A DNA stretch of 64,000 bases from an uncultured delta proteobacterium (lineage in GTDB: Bacteria > Myxococcota > UBA727 > VGSZ01). Where the stretch lies: NCBI GenBank assembly GCA_963775425.1, contig CAVZJB010000012.1, positions 128,001-192,000 on the forward strand. Reading direction: 5' to 3'. Made by a program: the position numbers and the translations under genes. Below are positions 43,012 to 51,055 of the stretch, piece by piece (position 1 is the first letter of the stretch; the number at the start of each line of letters is the position of its first letter). Below the pieces are notes generated by a model that saw nothing but the letters and a program-made list of their open reading frames with translations, was not told the DNA's origin and searched no databases.

Positions 43012-43242
43012 ATGGAAGAGAAGCTGCGGGAAGTTGTTGCCAAGATCGCGGAGACAAGCCCCACGTTCTCGTCGAGCGTGAACATCCGTGACGATTTGAA
43101 CGTCGACTCGGTGCGCATCTTCGAGATGGTCTTCGAGATCGAGCGCACCTTCAACGTCGTCATGCCGGAGGAGAAGCTCGCGGATGTCGCCACGTTCGAC
43201 GACCTCTTGAGCGTCGTTCAGTCGCTGCAAGCGCGCGCTTGA
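43012..43242 (+). CDS. acyl carrier protein
   Basis: 76 aa acidic protein, DLNVDSVRIFEMVFEIERTF; GGAGG RBS. Confidence 0.88.
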   Translation: MEEKLREVVAKIAETSPTFSSSVNIRDDLNVDSVRIFEMVFEIERTFNVVMPEEKLADVATFDDLLSVVQSLQARA

Positions 43243-43280
43243 CCCGTCATGGAGATCAACACGACCAGGGCGGAGAAGTG

Positions 43281-44498
43281 ATGTCACGACGCGTCGTCAT
43301 TAGCGGTTGCGGGGTGGTGAGTCCGGCCGGCAATGACCTCGCGTCATTCTGGTCCGCCCTCATGAACGCCTCGTGCTTCATCCAGCCGCTGCGCGGGTGG
43401 GCGTGCCAGGGACTCGACGCGCTCCGGGGCGCCGAGGTGTCGCTCGCACCCGAGGACGCCTTGCCGGCCTCGATCGACACCGACGCGCGCCGCGGCCGCA
43501 GCGATGAGCTCGCGCTCGCGGCGGCGCGCCGCGCCATCGCGGACGCGGCCTTGCCCGCCGGCTCGAGCCGTGACGTCGTCGGCGTCGTGCTCGGCACCAC
43601 GCTCGGCCAGGAGCGCCAGGTGAGCGCGCTCAGCGAGGGCGTGGCCGCGGGAGGGGACGACGCCATCGACGCCGGCTTCATGGATTGCTGCGACAACCAC
43701 CACCTCGCCGCGCTCATCGCGCGGGCGCACGGCCTCGGCGGGCCGCTCATGGTCAACGCCACCGCGTGCGCCTCCGGGAACGCGGCGCTCGCGTGGGGCT
43801 ACGAGCTGGTCGCGTCCGGCGCGACGCACACCATGGTCGCCGGCGGCGTCGACACCTTCACGCGCCTCATCTACTGCGGCTTCAGTCGAATGGGCGCGCT
43901 GTCCAAGGGTGTGTGTCGTCCGTTCGACAAGCAACGCGATGGCGTCTCCTTCGGAGAGGGCGCGGGCATCGTCGTTCTCGAGGAGCTCGAGCACGCGCGC
44001 GCGCGCGGCGCCCACATCTACGCGGAGCTCGCGGGTTACGGCATCAGCAACGACGCGTACCACCTGACGGCGCCGGAGAAGAGCGGCGAAGGCTTCGCGC
44101 GCGCCATGAAGCAAGCGCTCGCCACCACCGGCCTCGGCGTCGACGATGTCGACTACGTCAGCGCGCACGGGACCGGCACGCCGTACAACGACCTCGGCGA
44201 GACGCTCGCTGTGAAGTCCGTCTTCGGCGCGCGGGCGCCGCGCGTGCCGGTGAGCTCGATCAAGTCGATGATCGGTCACACCAACGGCGCTGCGAGCGCC
44301 ATCGAAGCCGTCGCCTGCGTCCTCGCGCTGCAGCACCAGATGCTGCCGCCCACCGTGAACCTCACCGAGCCCGATCCGGAGCTCGACCTCGACTACGTCT
44401 CCGGCGGCGCGCGCCGGGCCAGCGTCGACGTCTGCCTCAACCTCGCGGCCGGCTTCGGCGGCTTCAACGTCTGCACCGTCATCAAGGGGGCGCCATGA
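43281..44498 (+). CDS. type II ketosynthase (KS-alpha/FabF-like)
   Basis: Catalytic triad seen in ATACASG, SAHGTGT and IGHTNGA; CRPFD...GEGAG; GFGG. Confidence 0.92.
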   Translation: MSRRVVISGCGVVSPAGNDLASFWSALMNASCFIQPLRGWACQGLDALRGAEVSLAPEDALPASIDTDARRGRSDELALAAARRAIADAALPAGSSRDVVGVVLGTTLGQERQVSALSEGVAAGGDDAIDAGFMDCCDNHHLAALIARAHGLGGPLMVNATACASGNAALAWGYELVASGATHTMVAGGVDTFTRLIYCGFSRMGALSKGVCRPFDKQRDGVSFGEGAGIVVLEELEHARARGAHIYAELAGYGISNDAYHLTAPEKSGEGFARAMKQALATTGLGVDDVDYVSAHGTGTPYNDLGETLAVKSVFGARAPRVPVSSIKSMIGHTNGAASAIEAVACVLALQHQMLPPTVNLTEPDPELDLDYVSGGARRASVDVCLNLAAGFGGFNVCTVIKGAP

Positions 44499-45715
44499 CA
44501 ACCGCGCTCACCAGCGCCGACGACGCGGTCGCGGTCACCGGCGCCGCGCTCTTGTCGCCCCTCGGAGACTCCGTGGCGGACGTCATGGCCGCGCTCGACG
44601 AGCAGAGCTCGGCCATAGAGCCCGCGGACGACCCCGAGCTCGACGGCGCCGGCGCGGCCACCATCGCCGACTTCGACGCCGGCCGCTACGCCGCCGTGCG
44701 CGGGATGCGCGTGTACAACCGCACCACCCAGCTCGCGATCTGCGCGGCGCGGCGGGCGCTCGATGACGCGAGGCTCGACACCGAAGGCGACGGCGGCGCG
44801 GAGGTCGGCGTCGTGATGGCCTCGACGTTCGGTCACCTCGGCACGCTGCTCGAGTACGATCGCAGCCTCGTGAAAAATGGCGTGGCGCGGACGAACCCCG
44901 TGCTCATGCCGCTGGGCTTGCCGAGCGCCCCCGGCGCGGCCACGGCCCTCGCGTTTCGCGCGAAGGCGTTCTCCATCACCCTCGCCGACGGCGCAGCGTC
45001 GTCGCTCGACGCGCTCGGGCTGGCGATGCGACTCCTTCGCGCCGGGCGCGCGCGCGCCTGCGTCGTCGTCTCCGCCTTCTCCGTTTGTCGAGAGCTCTCC
45101 ATCTCCGCCGCGCGCGCCGGCCGGCTCGCCGCCCCTGACGACGTGCGCGTCTTCGATGCGCAGAGCAAAGGTCGTGCGTTCGGTGAAGGCGCCGCGGCGC
45201 TGGTGCTGGAGCGCGCGGACTGCGCGAGCGCGCGAGGTGCTCGGCCGCAGGGCTTCGTGTGCGGGCACGCCGCCTCGTTCGCGCGCGAGCGCGCGGAGCT
45301 CTCCGCTGCGCTGCGTCGGGTCGGCGACGCCGCGCTGCGCGGCGCCCACGTCGACCCAGGCAAGATCGCGCTGGTGTCCTCGGGCGCCGGCGGCGCGCCC
45401 GACGACGACCGCGCCGAGGCGCGCGCGTTGCTCGACCTGTTCGAGGGCTCGGGCTCCGGCCCCGTGGTCACGGCGATCAAGGGCAACCTCGGCGACGCCG
45501 TCGACGCCGGCGGGCTGATGCAGGCGGTGTTGGCGCTCGCGGCGCTGCGCGCGGGGCGCGTCGCGCCAATCGCGCGCCTGCGCGAGCCGGCGCTGCCCGG
45601 CCTGTGCTACGCGCGGGAACCGCAGCCCCTCGACGGCGGGCGGGCGTTGGTCACCGCCACGGCGCGCACCGGCGCGTGCGCGGCGCTCGTCCTCGCGAGC
45701 GCCGCCGATGTCTGA
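44495..45715 (+). CDS. catalytically inactive KS homolog (chain-length-factor-like)
   Basis: KS fold (FGEGAAALVLE, AIKGNLGD) with the active Cys replaced (ADGAASSL) and both His absent; ATGA coupling to the KS. Confidence 0.82.
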   Translation: MTTALTSADDAVAVTGAALLSPLGDSVADVMAALDEQSSAIEPADDPELDGAGAATIADFDAGRYAAVRGMRVYNRTTQLAICAARRALDDARLDTEGDGGAEVGVVMASTFGHLGTLLEYDRSLVKNGVARTNPVLMPLGLPSAPGAATALAFRAKAFSITLADGAASSLDALGLAMRLLRAGRARACVVVSAFSVCRELSISAARAGRLAAPDDVRVFDAQSKGRAFGEGAAALVLERADCASARGARPQGFVCGHAASFARERAELSAALRRVGDAALRGAHVDPGKIALVSSGAGGAPDDDRAEARALLDLFEGSGSGPVVTAIKGNLGDAVDAGGLMQAVLALAALRAGRVAPIARLREPALPGLCYAREPQPLDGGRALVTATARTGACAALVLASAADV

Positions 45716-46463
45716 AGCGGCGCGGCGCGAGCAGACGGTGGCGATCGTGACCGGCGGGTCGCGCGGGATCGGCAGGTCCATCGTCGAGCGCCTCGCTGTG
45801 GCCGGTGTCGACGTCCACTTCACGTACATCAAGAGCGCTGATGCCGCGAACGCGCTCCTCGATCGACTGCGCGCGGCGGGGCACGCCGTCGAAGCGAGCT
45901 GCTGCGACGCGCGCGACATCGCCGCGTCGCACGCGTTCGTCGAGCAGGTGATCGCGCAGCGCGGCAGGCTCGACGTCCTGGTGAACAACGCCGGCATCAC
46001 CGACGACGCTTTGTTGCCGGCGACGAGCTCCGAGAGCTGGTCGTCGGTCCTCGAGACCAACCTGAACGGGCTGTTCGGTGCGACCAAGAGCGCGGCGAAG
46101 CAGATGATGCGGCAGCGCGCCGGTCGCATCGTCAACCTGACGTCGGTGTCCGCCCTGATCGGCATCGCGGGGCAGACGAGCTACTCGGCATCGAAGGCGG
46201 CCATCATCGGGTTCACGCGCTCGCTCGCGCACGAGATGGCCCGTTGGGGCGTCCCCGTGAACGCCGTCGCGCCCGGCTTCGTCGACACCGACATGCTCCC
46301 CTTCCAGGCTCCGGAGCAGCGCGGCGCAGCGATGGCGCGGGTTTGGATGCGTCGCTTCGCAAAGCCGGAGGAGATCGCGGGGCTTGTGCGGTTCCTCGCG
46401 CTCGAGGCGCCGACGTACCTCACGGGACAGACCCTCGTGATCGACGGTGGGCTCAGTGCGTGA
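45708..46463 (+). CDS. 3-oxoacyl-ACP reductase (FabG-like ketoreductase)
   Basis: VTGGSRGIG, LVNNAGIT, YSASK, VAPGFVDTDM. Confidence 0.93.
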   Translation: MSEAARREQTVAIVTGGSRGIGRSIVERLAVAGVDVHFTYIKSADAANALLDRLRAAGHAVEASCCDARDIAASHAFVEQVIAQRGRLDVLVNNAGITDDALLPATSSESWSSVLETNLNGLFGATKSAAKQMMRQRAGRIVNLTSVSALIGIAGQTSYSASKAAIIGFTRSLAHEMARWGVPVNAVAPGFVDTDMLPFQAPEQRGAAMARVWMRRFAKPEEIAGLVRFLALEAPTYLTGQTLVIDGGLSA

Positions 46464-46491
46464 CGTGCAACGCGAGTAGAGGAGGCCGCTG

Positions 46492-47178
46492 ATGAGCGTT
46501 CGATACCTTGAAGCGGAGCGGCGATTGCGGCTGCCGCCTGTGAGCGAGCGGGGCGCATCGAACCTCAACCCCGAAGGGATGTCGCTTTTGCAGTTGTGGC
46601 GGGAGGACCTGCGCACGCACGACGACAACCCGTTCGAGCAGGGCTTTTGGGCCATCGCCGTGCACCGCTTCGGCAACTGGCGCATGGATCGCATCAAGCT
46701 CGTACGCGCGCCCTGCACGGCCGTGTACCTGGCGAGCCACAAGCTGGTGGAGGTCTTCGCGGGGATCACGCTCAGCTACACGACGAAGGTCGGGCGCCGC
46801 GTGCGGATCTGGCACCACGGCGGCATGGTGCTTGGCGCGCGCTCCATCGGCGACGATGTGCACATCCGACAAAACGTCACGTTCGGGGTCGCGCAGACCT
46901 TCAACAACGAAGACCTGCCGATCATCGAGGACGGCGCCCACGTCGGCTGCGGCGCCGCGGTCCTCGGGCGCGCGCTCGTCGGCAAGAACGTCAAGATCGG
47001 CGCGAACAGCGTCGTGCTCCATGACTTGCCGGACGGCGCGGTGGTCATGGGCGTGCCCGCGAAGGTGGTGAGCACGTCGACGCCGATCAAAGAGGCGCCG
47101 ATCAGCTCGACGACGACGATCAACTCGACGACGATCAAAGGGGCGACGATCAAAGAGGTGACGGCTCCGCGATCTTGA
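46492..47178 (+). CDS. serine O-acetyltransferase-like hexapeptide acyltransferase
   Basis: HRFGNW, IWHHGGMVL, IRQNVTFG, IGANSVVLHDLP, GVPAKV. Confidence 0.88.
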   Translation: MSVRYLEAERRLRLPPVSERGASNLNPEGMSLLQLWREDLRTHDDNPFEQGFWAIAVHRFGNWRMDRIKLVRAPCTAVYLASHKLVEVFAGITLSYTTKVGRRVRIWHHGGMVLGARSIGDDVHIRQNVTFGVAQTFNNEDLPIIEDGAHVGCGAAVLGRALVGKNVKIGANSVVLHDLPDGAVVMGVPAKVVSTSTPIKEAPISSTTTINSTTIKGATIKEVTAPRS

Positions 47179-48184
47179 CGACCTGCTTGCCGAGGTTCTT
47201 GCCCGTGAACACGCGCGCCAGCGCGGCCGGCGCGCGCTCGAGCCCCACCTGCACGTCGACGCGGTCCTTGATCTTCCCCGCCCGCAACCACGCGCCGATC
47301 GCCGCCATGGCCTCCGCGGCGCGCGGCATGTAGTCGATGACGACGAAGCCCTCCATCCGCCCGCGCTGACGCAGGAGCCGCAGGTAGTTCCGCGGGCCGA
47401 CGGGCGGCCACGCCTCGGTGTACGTCGCGATGGCGCCACACAGAACGACGCGTCCGCGGCGCGCGAGGAGCAGCAAGGCCGCGTCGAGGATGCGGCCGCC
47501 CACGTTGTCGAAGTAGACGTCGATGCCGTCGGGACAGGTCGCGCGCAGCCGCGTGATCACGTTGTCGTTGCGGTAGTCGATGGCGGCGTCGAACCCGAGC
47601 TCCTCGGTCAGGTAGCGGCACTTGTCGGGGCCGCCGGCGATGCCCACCACGCGGCACCCCTGGAGCTTCGCGATCTGGCCGGCCATCGAGCCCGTGGCGC
47701 CGGCGGCGCCCGACACGACGACCGTGGCCCCCGGCGCCGGCGCGCCCACGTCGAGCATCCCGAAGTACGCCGTCATGCCCGCGGTGCCGAGCGCGCTCAT
47801 GGCGGTCTCGATGGACACGCCCGCGGGCAGCGGCAGCGTCGTGTACGGCGCGTCACCGGGGACGCGCGCGTAGTCCTGCCAGCCGAACATGCCCTGCACG
47901 ACCTGCCCGGCGGCGAAGCGCGGATCGCGCGACGCGATGACCTCACCCACGGCGACCGAGCGCATCACCGCGCCGAGCTCCACCGCGGGCAGATACGTCT
48001 CTCCCGACGCCCACCCATGCTGCGCGGGCTCGCAGGACAGATAGAGGTTGCGCACGACGATCTCGCCGTCGGCGGCGTCGGGGATCTCCGCCTCGGCCCA
48101 TTGAAAGTCGTCGACGCACAGCGCCCCTCGCGGACGGCGCGCGAGCAGCCACTGCCGGTTCTTCTTGGGTGCGTGGTCGTTCAT
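47150..48184 (-). CDS. NADP-dependent MDR oxidoreductase (PTGR/CurA-like alkene reductase)
   Basis: WLLARRP, TAYFGML, VSGAAGATG, DGIDVYFDNVGG, GKNLGK. Confidence 0.92.
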   Translation of the reverse strand: MNDHAPKKNRQWLLARRPRGALCVDDFQWAEAEIPDAADGEIVVRNLYLSCEPAQHGWASGETYLPAVELGAVMRSVAVGEVIASRDPRFAAGQVVQGMFGWQDYARVPGDAPYTTLPLPAGVSIETAMSALGTAGMTAYFGMLDVGAPAPGATVVVSGAAGATGSMAGQIAKLQGCRVVGIAGGPDKCRYLTEELGFDAAIDYRNDNVITRLRATCPDGIDVYFDNVGGRILDAALLLLARRGRVVLCGAIATYTEAWPPVGPRNYLRLLRQRGRMEGFVVIDYMPRAAEAMAAIGAWLRAGKIKDRVDVQVGLERAPAALARVFTGKNLGKQVVKIAEPSPL

Positions 48185-49134
48185 GGGTGGAGCCAATTGT
48201 GCACGACGCCGTCGAGCCACTCGCGGGGCCGCTCCGGGTCCTCTTTGCCCTGTACGCGTCGGCGCACGCGGAACGACGCGCCGCCGACGAACATCGCGAC
48301 GTTCGCCGCCCACAGCGTGGCGCGCCCGAAGTTCTTCAGGAAGTAGTGTCGTCGTGAGTCGAAGACGTAGCGCGGCATCCTGTCGCGCCCGACGCCGTGG
48401 GAGTGCACGCCGGTGGACGCGCCGCCGACGTGCGCCACCGATGCCTCACGCACGTAGTCGACGTCGAAGCCCGCGCGCTTGGCGCGCAGGCACAGATCTG
48501 TCTCCTCGAAGTAGAGAAAGAACGCCTCATCGAACAGCCCGATGCGCTCGAGGGTGGCGCGGCGGATCATCATCGACGCGCCCGCGACCCAATCGACGGA
48601 GCGGGTGACCTCGGGGATCGGCATCACCATCGCGCGATCCCGCAGCAGGGACGACACCACGCCGAGCCGGGCGGTGCGCTCGAGCTCGCCGAGCACGCTC
48701 GGGAAGCGGAAGCACGACGCCTGCCCGCTTCCCGAGAAGTCGCGGATGAAGCTCCCCGCGAGGCCGGTGTGCGGGTGCGCGTCGAGGTGGCGCATCAAGG
48801 TCTCCGCGGTGCCTGGGTCGGAGCGGGCGTCGGAGTTCAACAGGTAGAAGTAGTCGGGCGGATCTGCGGACGCGAGCCCGCGCCTCAGCGCGACGTTGTT
48901 GCCGAAGCCGAAGCCACCGTTATGTCCCGACTGCAGCACCTCGACCGCGTCGCCCCAGCCGCGCGCCGCCACGGCCGCCGCGAACGTCTCGAAGCTGCCG
49001 TCCTGGGAGTCGTTGTCGACGACGCAGATGCGCGACGCGGGCAGCCGGCGGACCTCGTCGATGACGCCCTCGATCGCGCGCAGCGTGAGCTCCGCCGTGC
49101 GCCAGTTGAGGATCACCGTGACCAGCCTGCTCAT
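48181..49134 (-). CDS. GT2 glycosyltransferase (WbbL/rhamnosyltransferase-like)
   Basis: VVDNDSQDGS, GFGFGNN, LLNSD, VAGASMM, FDEAFFLYFEETDLC. Confidence 0.92.
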   Translation of the reverse strand: MSRLVTVILNWRTAELTLRAIEGVIDEVRRLPASRICVVDNDSQDGSFETFAAAVAARGWGDAVEVLQSGHNGGFGFGNNVALRRGLASADPPDYFYLLNSDARSDPGTAETLMRHLDAHPHTGLAGSFIRDFSGSGQASCFRFPSVLGELERTARLGVVSSLLRDRAMVMPIPEVTRSVDWVAGASMMIRRATLERIGLFDEAFFLYFEETDLCLRAKRAGFDVDYVREASVAHVGGASTGVHSHGVGRDRMPRYVFDSRRHYFLKNFGRATLWAANVAMFVGGASFRVRRRVQGKEDPERPREWLDGVVHNWLHP

Positions 49135-49367
49135 CGCCCCTCCGCACACTTCGACAGCATCGCTTGTGATGACGTCGAGCGGTGCGGCGGGCAACCTCAC
49201 GGATCGCGTGACGTCGTTGCGCACGGGCGTCGCGTGTGAACGTTCAGGTCGAGCTCGTGCTTGCGACCGGCCGCACGTCGACGTTGTCGTGTGCGCCCGC
49301 CGCGAGCGAGCGTGCACCCTTCGAACGCACAGACGCCTCGCGAGCCGCGCTCGACTATGGTCGGGCG

Positions 49368-50501
49368 ATGCTGCTCCCCGCGCTCGTCCTCACCATCGCT
49401 TCCGCCCACGGACAGTTGCCGGCGTCGCTGTTCCTGCAACGCTGGCTCGTCGTCGAGGCCGAAGTGGCCGGCCACCGCGCGCCGTTCGTCGTCGACACGG
49501 GCGCCAACCGCACGCTGATCGACGCCGGGTTCGCCGCGTCGGTCGGCGTGCAGACCGGCCACTGCATCGACGTCCCCGGCGCGATGGTGGGCAAGCTCTG
49601 TCGCGGCGTGCTGCCCAAGCTGCACTTCGCGGGCCGCGACTTCGACGGGATCGATGCATTCGTGAGCGACATGACCAGGAGCGAGCTCGGTGAAGCGCTG
49701 GGCGTGGCGGGCCTCATCGGCGCCGATGTCCTCTCGCGCGGCATCCTGGTCATCGACTACCCGTCGTCGCGCTGGCAGCTCCTGGCGCCCGACGCGTGGA
49801 AGCCGGGGCCGGCCGCGCACCTCGTACCCGCCCCGGTCGACGGTGGGGTCATGCGTGTGCCCGCCGAGATCGACGGGAAAGCGGTGAAGCTGCTCCTCGA
49901 CACCGGCAACGCGGGCGACACGATCGCTCTCAACGTTCCCGAGCTGGAAAAGAAGCTCAGTGCCGCGTCGCGCCGGCTCACGCTCCCCGGCGGGCTCAAG
50001 AGCGGCGCGGGCGGCGGCGCGGACATCGCGCCCACGCACGCGGCGCTTCGCGTGGGCGGCTTCACGTGGTCGGGCGCGCCGATGCAGGTAGCGCTCACCG
50101 GCACGCGCTCGGGAACGGTCATGCGCCGTGAAGACGGCATCCTCGGCGCAGGCTTCCTCAGGCACTTCCGTATCGCCGTCGACCTTGCCGGCGGCCGGCT
50201 GTGGCTGGAGCAGGTGTTGCCGTTCGGCTCTCTGGATCCCGGCGGCACCCTTGGCATGCTCGCCCGGCCCGCGAAGGGCCGGCTCGTGGTCGCCTCGGTG
50301 GCGAAGCAGGGGCCGGCGGGCAAGGCCGGCATCGTCGCCGGCGACGCCATCGTCGCCATCGACGGCGTCGACGTCGGCGAAAACGCTTCGGTGCTGTGGC
50401 CGCTCGCGTCGTATCGAGCGCCGGGCGAGCGGGTGGCGCTCACCATCGACCACGGCGGGTCCCGCCGCCGCGTCGTCGTGGTTGCCGTGGTACGGCCCTG
50501 A
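49368..50501 (+). CDS. secreted double retropepsin-like aspartic protease with a PDZ domain
   Basis: FVVDTGA...GLIGAD and LLLDTGN...GILGAGF; C-terminal GPAGKAGIVAGDAIVAIDG. Confidence 0.88.
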   Translation: MLLPALVLTIASAHGQLPASLFLQRWLVVEAEVAGHRAPFVVDTGANRTLIDAGFAASVGVQTGHCIDVPGAMVGKLCRGVLPKLHFAGRDFDGIDAFVSDMTRSELGEALGVAGLIGADVLSRGILVIDYPSSRWQLLAPDAWKPGPAAHLVPAPVDGGVMRVPAEIDGKAVKLLLDTGNAGDTIALNVPELEKKLSAASRRLTLPGGLKSGAGGGADIAPTHAALRVGGFTWSGAPMQVALTGTRSGTVMRREDGILGAGFLRHFRIAVDLAGGRLWLEQVLPFGSLDPGGTLGMLARPAKGRLVVASVAKQGPAGKAGIVAGDAIVAIDGVDVGENASVLWPLASYRAPGERVALTIDHGGSRRRVVVVAVVRP

Positions 50502-50650
50502 GAGGGCGACGATCGGAGCAACGTCACGCCGCGCGCCGATTCATCGCCCGTCTGGTCGCCGGCGACGTGCTCGCCACGCACACCTTCACCGTCGTGCGCT
50601 CTTTCGCGATCCGCACGCGCGCGCGCTCGCCGTGACGCGCGCGCGCGTCG

Positions 50651-50986
50651 CTACGGCTTCCAGTCGCGCAGGCCGCCGAGGCGGTTGGCGGTCTCCCCGG
50701 CGGGCACCGAGGCGCCCTGGTCGACGCGCGCGCCGGTCGACGACGATTGCTCCATCAGGCTGCGCTCCTGCTGGGAGCGCGGCGGGTCGAAGCGCGACGT
50801 CCAGCCGTCGTCGACGAGGATCTGCTTGGCCTCGGCGGGCGAGACCTCGAGGCGCTTGGCGACGAATTCGACGGCGCGCTCGACCGTGGCGGCGTCGCCC
50901 GTCTCGTAGTCGTGGCGGGTCTTGGCGAATTCGTAGGCCGCGCTGCGCTTGAAGATGGCGAAGCTTTCGCGGGCGTCGATCGGCAT
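50651..50986 (-). CDS. hypothetical protein (111 aa)
   Basis: GAGGAGG RBS and normal amino-acid composition. Confidence 0.65.
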   Translation of the reverse strand: MPIDARESFAIFKRSAAYEFAKTRHDYETGDAATVERAVEFVAKRLEVSPAEAKQILVDDGWTSRFDPPRSQQERSLMEQSSSTGARVDQGASVPAGETANRLGGLRDWKP

Positions 50987-51055
50987 GAACAAGACCTCCT
51001 CAGGCGAGTCTCCCTCGCGCCCGCCCCGAACGCATCCCCCATTCGCCCCACGTCG

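Noticed and set aside
43012-46463. Ordinary fatty-acid synthase operon
   Set aside because: It includes a Cys-less KS partner, two carrier proteins and an A domain, and lacks fabD, fabH and plsX.
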